Positions 9,749-17,824 of a stretch of DNA of 64,000 nt are shown here, in pieces. This DNA is from Candidatus Undinarchaeota archaeon (GTDB taxonomy: Archaea > SpSt-1190 > JASMDC01): NCBI GenBank assembly GCA_964519305.1, contig CAZFHY010000004.1, forward strand, positions 122,774 to 186,773. The letters run 5' to 3'. A model generated the notes under the pieces. It saw only the letters and a program-made list of their open reading frames with translations. It had not been told where the DNA came from and did not search any database. Every line of letters begins with the position of its first letter. The first letter of the stretch is position 1. The translations under genes and the position numbers were made by a program.

Positions 9749-11419
9749 ATGCGTGTGCTGGGCCTCCAGGACATCAGCCACGACAGCTCTGCCTGCCTGG
9801 TCGAGGATGGGCGTGTGACCGCTGCGGTCGAGGAAGAGCGGTTCACACGTGTCAAGCACGCTGACGGCTTCTACTATGGTGGAGATCCCCCTGCCCACGC
9901 CATAGAGTGGTGCCTGCGTTCGCGTGGGCTGGACCTGGACGACGTCGACGCGGTGGCCCTCGGATTCGATATCGGGCTGGCAGGCTGGTACCGGATGACC
10001 TACGACGTGTTCCGGTACGTCAATGCCATCGAGCCCATCGCCACAAAGGCCAGGGATCCTGACCGCCAGGACACCAGCAGCTATGTGGAGGGGCTCGTGG
10101 CCGGTTATCCCAGGCGGGTGCGCTGGCTGCGCGCTATCGCCAAGCGGGTCGGCCGCATCGTACATGTGCCACACCACACGGCGCACGCCGCGTCCGCCTA
10201 CTACGCGTCAGGGTTCGATCACGCTGCGGTCCTCGTTATGGACGGCGCCGGTGAGCGCGAGTCGACATCCCTGTTCGTTGGTAGGGGTCGCGAGCTCGAG
10301 CTGATGGAGCGTCTGCCCATCAGCGGCTCTCTAGGCCTACTCTACGATCAGGTGACCCAGATACTGGGGATGGGCCAGTTCGGCGAGGGGAAGACCATGG
10401 GTCTTGCCCCGTACGGACGGTACGACAACGTCCTTGGCCCCATGACAGACTATCGGCGCGGCCGCATGGTCATCAACAATGACCGGATCCGGGCCGCTCG
10501 CCGACTGACGCGGCACGATGGCAAGCTCACCGATGAGCACAAGAACCTGGCCGCCACGCTCCAGACCGACCTCGAGCAGGCCGCCCTCGCTCTCGCCGAT
10601 CACATCTACGACCGAACCGGACTCAGACGTCTCTGCCTTGCCGGGGGAGTGACGCTCAACTGCTCTATGAACGGTAGACTGCTGGGCAGCGAGCACGTGC
10701 GCGAGGTGTTCATCCAGCCCGCGGCCAACGATGCCGGCTGCTCCGTAGGAGCGGCGCTCGTTGTGGCCGCAGAGGATGGAGAGCCCGCGTGGACCATGGC
10801 CCATCCTTACCTGGGTCCAGGCATAGACGGTGAGGAGGCTGAGCGCGTGCTGCAGGAGGAGGGGTTCGATGTCGAGCGTGTGGACGATCCCGCTACCGTG
10901 GCCGCAGAACTGCTCGCCGATGGCAAGGTCGTCGGCTGGGTCCAAGGCGCTCTTGAGTTCGGGCCCCGGGCACTGGGCAACCGGTCCGTGCTCGCTGATC
11001 CCCGTAACAGGGCGATGCACACCCGTGTGAACGAGGTCAAGCGACGGGAGCAGTGGCGTCCGCTAGCGCCCTCCATCCTGGTCGAAGAGACCGGTAAGTG
11101 GTTCGACCGCAACGACCCGTCACCATTCATGCTTCTCACCTATGGTGTGCGCGAGGAGCGGCGCGATGAGGTGCCCGCTATCGTCCACGTGGACGGTACC
11201 GCGCGGCTCCAGACCGTAGACCGAAAGACCAATCCCCGATACCACGCGCTCATCTCCGCCTTTGCTAAGGAGACGGGAGTACCGCTCGTGCTCAACACGT
11301 CGTTCAACGACCGGGGTGAGCCCATCGTACGGACCCCAAGGGAGGCGGTGCGCACATTCCGCAGCTCGGGGATGGACGTGCTGGTCATGGACGACCTGGT
11401 CGTGCAACAGGCAGGGTGA
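9749..11419 (+). CDS. Carbamoyltransferase, NodU/CmcH/TobZ family
   Basis: HDSSACL, EEERFTRVKH, HHTAHAASAYY, DGAGE, EGKTMGLAPYG, LAGGVTLN, EFGPRALGNRS, HVDGTARLQTV and LNTSFN. Confidence 0.95.
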   Translation: MRVLGLQDISHDSSACLVEDGRVTAAVEEERFTRVKHADGFYYGGDPPAHAIEWCLRSRGLDLDDVDAVALGFDIGLAGWYRMTYDVFRYVNAIEPIATKARDPDRQDTSSYVEGLVAGYPRRVRWLRAIAKRVGRIVHVPHHTAHAASAYYASGFDHAAVLVMDGAGERESTSLFVGRGRELELMERLPISGSLGLLYDQVTQILGMGQFGEGKTMGLAPYGRYDNVLGPMTDYRRGRMVINNDRIRAARRLTRHDGKLTDEHKNLAATLQTDLEQAALALADHIYDRTGLRRLCLAGGVTLNCSMNGRLLGSEHVREVFIQPAANDAGCSVGAALVVAAEDGEPAWTMAHPYLGPGIDGEEAERVLQEEGFDVERVDDPATVAAELLADGKVVGWVQGALEFGPRALGNRSVLADPRNRAMHTRVNEVKRREQWRPLAPSILVEETGKWFDRNDPSPFMLLTYGVREERRDEVPAIVHVDGTARLQTVDRKTNPRYHALISAFAKETGVPLVLNTSFNDRGEPIVRTPREAVRTFRSSGMDVLVMDDLVVQQAG

Positions 11420-11420
11420 G

Positions 11421-12353
11421 ATGGACTCCCGGACATTGAAGGCCGGCATCCCGGTGACCATATCCCTGATCCTGCTCGTCCATGTCCTCCGGGACGTGAA
11501 CCCTCACGGTGTACTCCAGCGTTTGGGCGGGATTGGTCTGGCCCCAATCGTTGCAGTGCTGGCACTCCAAGTGGCCATCATCATCATCATCTCTCTGCGG
11601 TGGCGGCTCATTATCCAACATACCGGGTGCGAGCTTCCCCTAAGCGAGGCCATGATGGTGTATGTAGGCGTCGCCCCGGCCGAGATAGTGCTCCCCGCCA
11701 AGACCGCCGATCTCATCAAGGCGAACTACCTGCATGTCCACCAGTGTCTTCCCTTTTCGAAGGGCGTGTCCACAATCCTCTTGGATAACCTGTTCGACCT
11801 GGCGGCACTGATTTGCATTCTCTCACTGGGCGTGGCGGTCTCAGGTGAGGTCGTGCCCGGGCAGGCTGTCTGGGTGCTCGCGGGGGTCGGCACGCTGGTG
11901 GCAGGCGTAGCGGCCGCTTCCCGTTTCGTGGATCACCCGGTGTTCGCCAGCTTTCAGGCCCTCGGTCCCAGACTTATCGCCACGCTGTTCGTCCTCGCCC
12001 TGAGCGTCTGGTTGCTGGTGGTGGCCAGTGTCACGCTCTACTTTTCCATGGCGGACATAGACGTCCCCCCCACGGCGGTGATGCTCTATCTTCCCCTGAC
12101 GGTGGTACTGGCCGCCCTCCCCATCACCGTTGGTGGTGTGGGGAGCATGGAGTGGACCATGCGTCTGTTCTACGGTCGATTCGGACCTGTCGAGGCGATC
12201 ATCACTGCCGCTGTGGTCCAGCGCTTGGTGACCACGGCCTTCCCCATCGTGGTGGGTCTGCCCATCATTTCCCGAGTAATCTGGTCCGACGCCACCGATC
12301 CGAGCGGTGCTCGGGCACTGTCCGGCGCTTTTGACGAGGAGGAAGAGGAATGA
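11421..12353 (+). CDS. UPF0104 / lysylphosphatidylglycerol synthase TM-domain (flippase-like) membrane protein
   Basis: LRW, LPAKTAD, DNLFDL, LPITVGGVGSME and QR motifs with multiple TM helices. Confidence 0.85.
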   Translation: MDSRTLKAGIPVTISLILLVHVLRDVNPHGVLQRLGGIGLAPIVAVLALQVAIIIIISLRWRLIIQHTGCELPLSEAMMVYVGVAPAEIVLPAKTADLIKANYLHVHQCLPFSKGVSTILLDNLFDLAALICILSLGVAVSGEVVPGQAVWVLAGVGTLVAGVAAASRFVDHPVFASFQALGPRLIATLFVLALSVWLLVVASVTLYFSMADIDVPPTAVMLYLPLTVVLAALPITVGGVGSMEWTMRLFYGRFGPVEAIITAAVVQRLVTTAFPIVVGLPIISRVIWSDATDPSGARALSGAFDEEEEE

Positions 12354-12442
12354 GAACGGCTATCCCGCTACCCTCTTTTTAAATCTTCACGGCCCATCCG
12401 CACCCATGCAAGCCTCGGGACCTGGCCCCGGGAGGGCGTGAG

Positions 12443-13387
12443 ATGTCCAAACGCATCATCCGCACCATCTTCCCCGTGGCGTTCTCGATGTTCCTGCTGT
12501 GGTACACGCTCCGTAACATCGACCTTGTGGACGTACGCCAGCGACTGGCCTCCGTCGATCCAGTTTCCGTGCTCATCGTGCTCGTAATAGAGCTCGGGAT
12601 CATCGCGATCCTTTCACTTCGATGGCAGCGCATCCTCCAGAACACGGGATGCACCATACCTGTATCAGAAGCGGTCATGGTGTACTGCGGTGCATCGCCC
12701 GCCGAGGTCATCCTACCCATGAAGACCTCTGACCTCCTCAAGGCCAACTACCTGCGTGTGACCCGCTCGTTCCCATTCGTAAAGGGCGTGTCCTCGGTGT
12801 TCCTGGACAACGTCTTCGACCTTGCTGCGCTCGTTACGGTCTCATTTCTGGGGCTCGCGCTCTCCGGCCATGTCCTGGGAACGCGGTTCACATGGATCCT
12901 CGGGGCGGTCTGCGTTTTCATACTGGCCGCTGCCGCTGCCTCGCGTCTTGTCGACCACCCCGTGTTCGCCAGTTTCCGCGCACTGGGACGACAGAACGTG
13001 CTCGAGCTCTACGCTCTGGCCCTCGCCGTATGGCTCAGCGTCTGCTACATGAACACCCTGTACTTCTCCATGGCGGGGATGCACGTACCGTTCACAACTG
13101 TCATGCTATATCTGCCGCTGACCATCATGCTGGCCGCCGTGCCGGTAACCGTGGGCGGGCTGGGGAGCGTTGAATGGTGCATGCTCACGTTCTACGAGGG
13201 CCTGGGATCTCCCGAAGCCATCATCACAGCGGACCTGCTCCAGCGTATCTTCGCCAGCGGGTTCCCCATGCTGATCGGTCTCCCTTTCATCGCCAGGGTC
13301 ATGTGGCCCGAGGCACCGAAGGACGAGGGGGACGTTGCCCCTGAAACGGAAGAGGATTATGACGGGGAGGAGGGTGAGGAAGCGTGA
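12443..13387 (+). CDS. UPF0104 flippase-like membrane protein (tandem paralog)
   Basis: LRW, LPMKTSD, DNVFDL and VPVTVGGLGSVE; colinear with the previous gene. Confidence 0.85.
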   Translation: MSKRIIRTIFPVAFSMFLLWYTLRNIDLVDVRQRLASVDPVSVLIVLVIELGIIAILSLRWQRILQNTGCTIPVSEAVMVYCGASPAEVILPMKTSDLLKANYLRVTRSFPFVKGVSSVFLDNVFDLAALVTVSFLGLALSGHVLGTRFTWILGAVCVFILAAAAASRLVDHPVFASFRALGRQNVLELYALALAVWLSVCYMNTLYFSMAGMHVPFTTVMLYLPLTIMLAAVPVTVGGLGSVEWCMLTFYEGLGSPEAIITADLLQRIFASGFPMLIGLPFIARVMWPEAPKDEGDVAPETEEDYDGEEGEEA

Positions 13388-14187
13388 GCGACGAGAAGAG
13401 CACATCGACGGACGTTCCATGTGTCGTGCTCTACTCTGGCGGTTCCGACTCCACCCTCGCCGCCGTGCTCATGTCCCGTCGTTTCCATCCCGTTCACCTC
13501 CTCACCTACGACCGCCAGACCGTGCGCAGGGGTGTGCTCACATTCCCCGGGCTCCGCGACATATCCAAGTCGAGCATTAACGCCAAGCGGCTCGAGGAGG
13601 CGTTCGGGAAGGATCGGTTCGTCCATCACATGAACGATTACACCGCGCTATTCCGCCGCATCGCCGTGGACGACGTGGACGCAGACCGGCGGCAGTTCGG
13701 CTCGCGCCTGTTCCTTTTGATCTGCATGGGATGCAAGCTGGCCATGCATGCTCAGGCGATCGCCGACTGTCTCGAACTGGGTGTCCGACGCGTGGCCGAC
13801 GGGGCCAGTAGGGAGGAGGCGTTCTACCCGGCACAGACTCAGGGTGTCATGGACCGGCTCCGAGGTCTGTACGAGGAGCAGGGCATCACCTACGAGAACC
13901 CCGTCTACAGTCTTCCGAACAAGAACGCCGTGCACGATGCCCTAGAGGAGGCAGGCATCCGGATGGAGCGGCCCGCCGAAGGCGTGTTATCCCCCAGGCG
14001 CTACCGTGAAGCGTTCCTCTCGTTCCCCACCCAGGCATGGTGCTGGTTCGGGCTCCAAGCCGCCATGTACAACAAGTTCTACTACGGTCCGCTCCACGAC
14101 AAGGACCGGGAGCCAGATGCCATTGCGTACATCGATGCCAAGATGGACGTCGTGCGCGAGTACCTTGAAGAGCGCGGCGTCAAGTAA
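13384..14187 (+). CDS. PP-loop (adenine nucleotide alpha-hydrolase fold) ATP pyrophosphatase
   Basis: N-terminal LYSGGSDST PP-loop and internal CMGC; start overlaps the upstream stop. Confidence 0.8.
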   Translation: MSDEKSTSTDVPCVVLYSGGSDSTLAAVLMSRRFHPVHLLTYDRQTVRRGVLTFPGLRDISKSSINAKRLEEAFGKDRFVHHMNDYTALFRRIAVDDVDADRRQFGSRLFLLICMGCKLAMHAQAIADCLELGVRRVADGASREEAFYPAQTQGVMDRLRGLYEEQGITYENPVYSLPNKNAVHDALEEAGIRMERPAEGVLSPRRYREAFLSFPTQAWCWFGLQAAMYNKFYYGPLHDKDREPDAIAYIDAKMDVVREYLEERGVK

Positions 14188-14292
14188 AAGTCAAGGTGAA
14201 TATACGCATCACACCTGCGGAAACCCTCCCTTGCAGGAACCGGAACGGTCCCGCGGGAAGGTTTATAAGGCGGACACGGTGCCTGTCTGTTC

Positions 14293-15072
14293 GTGTACGA
14301 CCTGGTGGAGCAGGAGGAGCTCGTGGCCCACGGACGGGAGCTCGTCGACTCGTACCTCGAGAAGGTGTACGGCGAGGGCGCGCCCGACGTGCCGGCCTAC
14401 GTTCTCGACTCCAAGCAATTCCACCGCAAGGCACAGCGGGACCCGTTGGAGCTTTCTGGTCGGGTGGAGGTAGGCTTCTACAGCCCCCACCGCAACCTAT
14501 TGCAGGGGATGCACAAGGCCGTGTACCTTGAGGACCAGGACGAGCACCGTGAGAAGTGCGTACCACGCTATCAGCAGATGCGTGACCAAGCTGCGGACGA
14601 TACGTGGGACACGGGGCGCGCCGCGGCCATCGACCGCCAGCTCGCCTTCTGGGAGGCCATGACCCCCGAGGTCGTAACCGTCCACGAGTACGGCCATGTA
14701 TTCCTCGACGACTATACGGGCAATCCGACATGGAAGGACGAGCACACGTCCGAGGGATTTGCTACCTTTACTGAGATGGCAGTGCTCGAGGGCTCGGGCT
14801 ACTTCGACGAAGATTATGTCGCGTCGTACAAGGCCGCCCGGCTCCCCGCTCTCATGGACTCCCAGCGGGAAGGGATGGCGAAGTTCCAGCGCCTATGGGA
14901 GGAGAGCCCGTCGCCCGAGTTCTTCGCTGCCTCGGTCAAGCGGCTGGGAGAGCGCAAGGGCTGGTTCTCCCGCGTGTGGATCGACGACTACATGACGGCG
15001 CTCGACGATGTGTCGCCCGAGGAACTGGCCGCTGCCAGCGACATGTGCGAGATCGTGATTCGAGATCGGTGA
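14293..15072 (+). CDS. Putative zinc metallopeptidase (HExxH, gluzincin-like)
   Basis: VHEYGH followed by SEGFATF; TTTATAA box 22 nt upstream of the GTG. Confidence 0.6.
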   Translation: MYDLVEQEELVAHGRELVDSYLEKVYGEGAPDVPAYVLDSKQFHRKAQRDPLELSGRVEVGFYSPHRNLLQGMHKAVYLEDQDEHREKCVPRYQQMRDQAADDTWDTGRAAAIDRQLAFWEAMTPEVVTVHEYGHVFLDDYTGNPTWKDEHTSEGFATFTEMAVLEGSGYFDEDYVASYKAARLPALMDSQREGMAKFQRLWEESPSPEFFAASVKRLGERKGWFSRVWIDDYMTALDDVSPEELAAASDMCEIVIRDR

Positions 15073-15079
15073 GCTCGCC

Positions 15080-16243
15080 GTGGACCTCTCCGCCCGCGCC
15101 CCCTATGCAATTCTTGCCTCCTACTGGGGCATGTACGCCATCATCATCCTCTTCTTCTCCCTCCACCTCCGCGAGATCGGGGGCAGCTATCTCCACGTGG
15201 CGTCACTGACCACGGTGATGGCGCTGGCCACCTTGCTAGCCGTGAACGTCTGGACCGCACTGCGTGACACCTACGGACGCACTCGTCCCTTCCTCGTTGC
15301 GGGGACGATGGCAATGGTCCTCACCATGGCGGTGCCGTTCATCGTGACCAGCCCCGACTCCTTCGTAGTTATGGTGGCCGCGCTCGCCCTGGTGCACTGC
15401 AGCGTCAATCCCCTGGTAAACGCCTACGTCACAGTCACATCCGGAGTGTCCTCGGGAGAGGCGGCCGGTGACCTCCAGACTGTCGGCTCCGGTGGTTTCT
15501 TCGCAGCGTCCCTTATCGGTGGTTTCCTATACGGGATGGGGGGCGTCAACGCCACCGCCATCCTCGGTCTCGTGGGATGCGGTACGGCCGTGATCCTGGC
15601 GCTCCTCATCGAAGAGGACGGTCACGGGGAGCAGCAGGTCGGCGGTATGGACCTCTCCTTCATCTTCTCCAATCGTGCTCTGATGGCCGTGTGCACCATC
15701 GGTCTCCTCCTCAACGCCGCCCGGTTCGGGTTCAGTTCGCTATTCCCGCTATACTTCATCTCCATCGGGGGGAGCGGCTCATGGCTCGGGTACCTTAACG
15801 CCACCGCCACGCTCCTTGCCGTGCTGAGCGCCCGTCGCATCGGGAGGATGGTAGGCTCCGGCGGCGGGATGACCTTCATGCTGGCCGGCATCAGCGGGTA
15901 CCTTGTGGTGTTCCTCGGGATGCTCGCGCTCCCCATGCTCCCTGAAGCGGGCATGCGGCTCTGGGCCGTCATGTTGATGTGGGCCGTCCCCATGTACGTG
16001 CTCGTGGAGGTCCCCACGATCTCGCTCGTGGCCAATCACACCAGTGAGGAGGAACGGGCCCGCGGCATGGGGGCGCTGACCTTCGCCTACAACGCTGGTG
16101 CCGTCATCGGCCCGCTCGCGACCGGCTTCCTGGCGACACGCACCGGTGACTTCACACCGGCCATCGCCTTCGCGGCCGTGGTGACCGCGCTCACGCTCGC
16201 CTACGGTGGGTTCGCGCTGCCCCGGGAACGTGAAACGGACTAG
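15080..16243 (+). CDS. MFS transporter
   Basis: About 12 hydrophobic helices in two halves; DTYGRTRP loop motif and ERARGMG...G.VIGP. Confidence 0.9.
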   Translation: MDLSARAPYAILASYWGMYAIIILFFSLHLREIGGSYLHVASLTTVMALATLLAVNVWTALRDTYGRTRPFLVAGTMAMVLTMAVPFIVTSPDSFVVMVAALALVHCSVNPLVNAYVTVTSGVSSGEAAGDLQTVGSGGFFAASLIGGFLYGMGGVNATAILGLVGCGTAVILALLIEEDGHGEQQVGGMDLSFIFSNRALMAVCTIGLLLNAARFGFSSLFPLYFISIGGSGSWLGYLNATATLLAVLSARRIGRMVGSGGGMTFMLAGISGYLVVFLGMLALPMLPEAGMRLWAVMLMWAVPMYVLVEVPTISLVANHTSEEERARGMGALTFAYNAGAVIGPLATGFLATRTGDFTPAIAFAAVVTALTLAYGGFALPRERETD

Positions 16244-16251
16244 CTCCGCGT

Positions 16252-17337
16252 TCAATGTCCCGGGAGAAAATCACGATAGTAGCAGGTTAGGTCAGTGCAC
16301 TCCCCACTGTACCCTTGACGGAAGGTGCGACGGGTGCGGGTGTAGAGCGCACTGTCGGGGATCGTGTCGTCCTTCGCGGCCTTGAGGATGTCGGTGATGA
16401 AGCGCACGTCCTGGAGCTTGCGGGCCATGTCGTTGGGCCGGCCGTCGATCTTGACCGCAGTGATCCCTGCCCTGAGGAGCGTTCGGAGGACACAAGCTCC
16501 GCAGTCCACACCGGTCTTACCACCGAAGTGGCCTCCCATCCGTTGTCTGGCCGCGGCCATCCCCTCCAATGGGACGCTACCGATCGTCACTGGTGATACA
16601 TTGTAGTCGAGCAGGCATGGTGCAGGCCGGAGGCCGGGAAGACGGCGCACATGCCGCAGCGCACGCTTGGGGACGAATTTGGCCGCCTGCAGCGCCCATC
16701 GACTGTTGAGGAGGCCGAACCCGATGCGCCCCGTGAGCGGCCGGACCGCTTCGTCCATGCCGTCCACGAAGGTGCAGAACCCGTCGACGTTCACGCACCG
16801 GTTGTTTAGCACGAACACCTCCAGCTCCACGGGCGAGTCGCGTGCCAGTGCCACGATCTCCTCGGGAGTGAGCTGCTGTGGCAGCACCACACGGCTGGCG
16901 CCCAGGCCCTCGTAGAACTCCAGAGCAGCACTGTTGAAGGCGGGAGCGATGGTGCTCACATGGAGACGCACGTCCGGATGCTCGGTCCGTGCACGGACCA
17001 TGGTGGGCACGTCGGCGATTAGGAATCCGTCCACGCCCGCGTCAGCAGCAGCGTCCATCAACCGGCCCAGATGCTCGCGCTGGCGGTGGGTGTAGTAGTC
17101 GAGGTTGAGGGTAAGGGTCACCGGCGCCTTTCGTTCGTGAGCGCGGTCCACGGCATCCTTGAGCTCTTCTAACGAAGGGAAGTTCGCACCAACAGCGGGC
17201 TCCTGGTTGCCGGCCACGAGGGTGGAGAAGGCCTTGCGCCAGTCGGCGGTCAGCACTCCTGCATAGAAGGCGGTGGCTCCGGCATCCACCAGGGGATCCA
17301 CCTCGAAGGCACGAGTGAGCGGGGAGAGGACCTCCAC
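16252..17337 (-). CDS. U32 family Fe-S protein (paralog 1)
   Basis: LSP..GA..FYAG, DGFLIAD, HVST, FNS, GASRVVLP, EVFV, CVNVDGFC, CGAC and KIDGR. The GTG start is set by alignment with the paralogs. Confidence 0.9.
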   Translation of the reverse strand: MEVLSPLTRAFEVDPLVDAGATAFYAGVLTADWRKAFSTLVAGNQEPAVGANFPSLEELKDAVDRAHERKAPVTLTLNLDYYTHRQREHLGRLMDAAADAGVDGFLIADVPTMVRARTEHPDVRLHVSTIAPAFNSAALEFYEGLGASRVVLPQQLTPEEIVALARDSPVELEVFVLNNRCVNVDGFCTFVDGMDEAVRPLTGRIGFGLLNSRWALQAAKFVPKRALRHVRRLPGLRPAPCLLDYNVSPVTIGSVPLEGMAAARQRMGGHFGGKTGVDCGACVLRTLLRAGITAVKIDGRPNDMARKLQDVRFITDILKAAKDDTIPDSALYTRTRRTFRQGYSGECTDLTCYYRDFLPGH

Positions 17338-17358
17338 GTCTGGAAGGGCGACGCCAAC

Positions 17359-17368
17359 CTTGATAAAG
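17359..17368. promoter_or_regulatory. Bidirectional TATA-like element between U32 and queD
   Basis: CTTGATAAAG (reverse complement of CTTTATCAAG) lies exactly 21 nt from both divergent starts (17337 and 17390). Confidence 0.75.
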
Positions 17369-17389
17369 GTACGCGGGGAGAACGGGAGC

Positions 17390-17824
17390 ATGCTGATCAC
17401 CGTCTCCGGCCTCGGGTTCGCGGCCTCCCACTTCCTGGCAGGCCATCCCACGTGCGGGCGCCTCCACGGCCATAACTACCGCGTCGAGATCGTGTGCGAG
17501 GGCGAACCTGACGACAGGGGCATGGTGGCCGACTTCCACGTGATCAAAGCGGCCGCTGCTACCGTGCTCGATGAGGTGGACCACCGGACCCTTCTTCCCG
17601 GGGAGAACGACGAGATCAAGATATCGGTCGAGGGTGACGAGGTCAGGGTCACGGGCTGCAAGACACTAGTGCTCCCACGCGAGGACGTAGTGGTGCTGCC
17701 TGTGAGGAACACGACCTGCGAGGAGCTGGTTAAATGGCTCCACGGCAGAATGGCAGAACACATCCCCTCCCTTGTGAACGTCAGGCTGTGGGAGAACGAG
17801 CGCTCGTCAGCGGCATATCCCTAG
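17390..17824 (+). CDS. queD: 6-carboxy-5,6,7,8-tetrahydropterin synthase / 6-pyruvoyl-H4-pterin synthase
   Basis: FAASH, CGRLHGHNY, GMVADF, DH, TTCE and WE motifs. Confidence 0.88.
   Translation: MLITVSGLGFAASHFLAGHPTCGRLHGHNYRVEIVCEGEPDDRGMVADFHVIKAAAATVLDEVDHRTLLPGENDEIKISVEGDEVRVTGCKTLVLPREDVVVLPVRNTTCEELVKWLHGRMAEHIPSLVNVRLWENERSSAAYP

Noticed and set aside
9686-10186. N-terminal extension of the 611 aa minus-strand ORF
   Set aside because: It overlaps the carbamoyltransferase on the opposite strand, and the recognisable domain starts at ATG 9685. Similar over-extensions occur at 17451, 43088, 44922 and 30012.
13384-17824. PP-loop gene plus queD as a 7-deazaguanine (preQ0) DNA or tRNA modification cluster
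   Set aside because: The PP-loop protein lacks the C-terminal QueC zinc motif, and I see no queE, folE, tgt or dpdA in the window.
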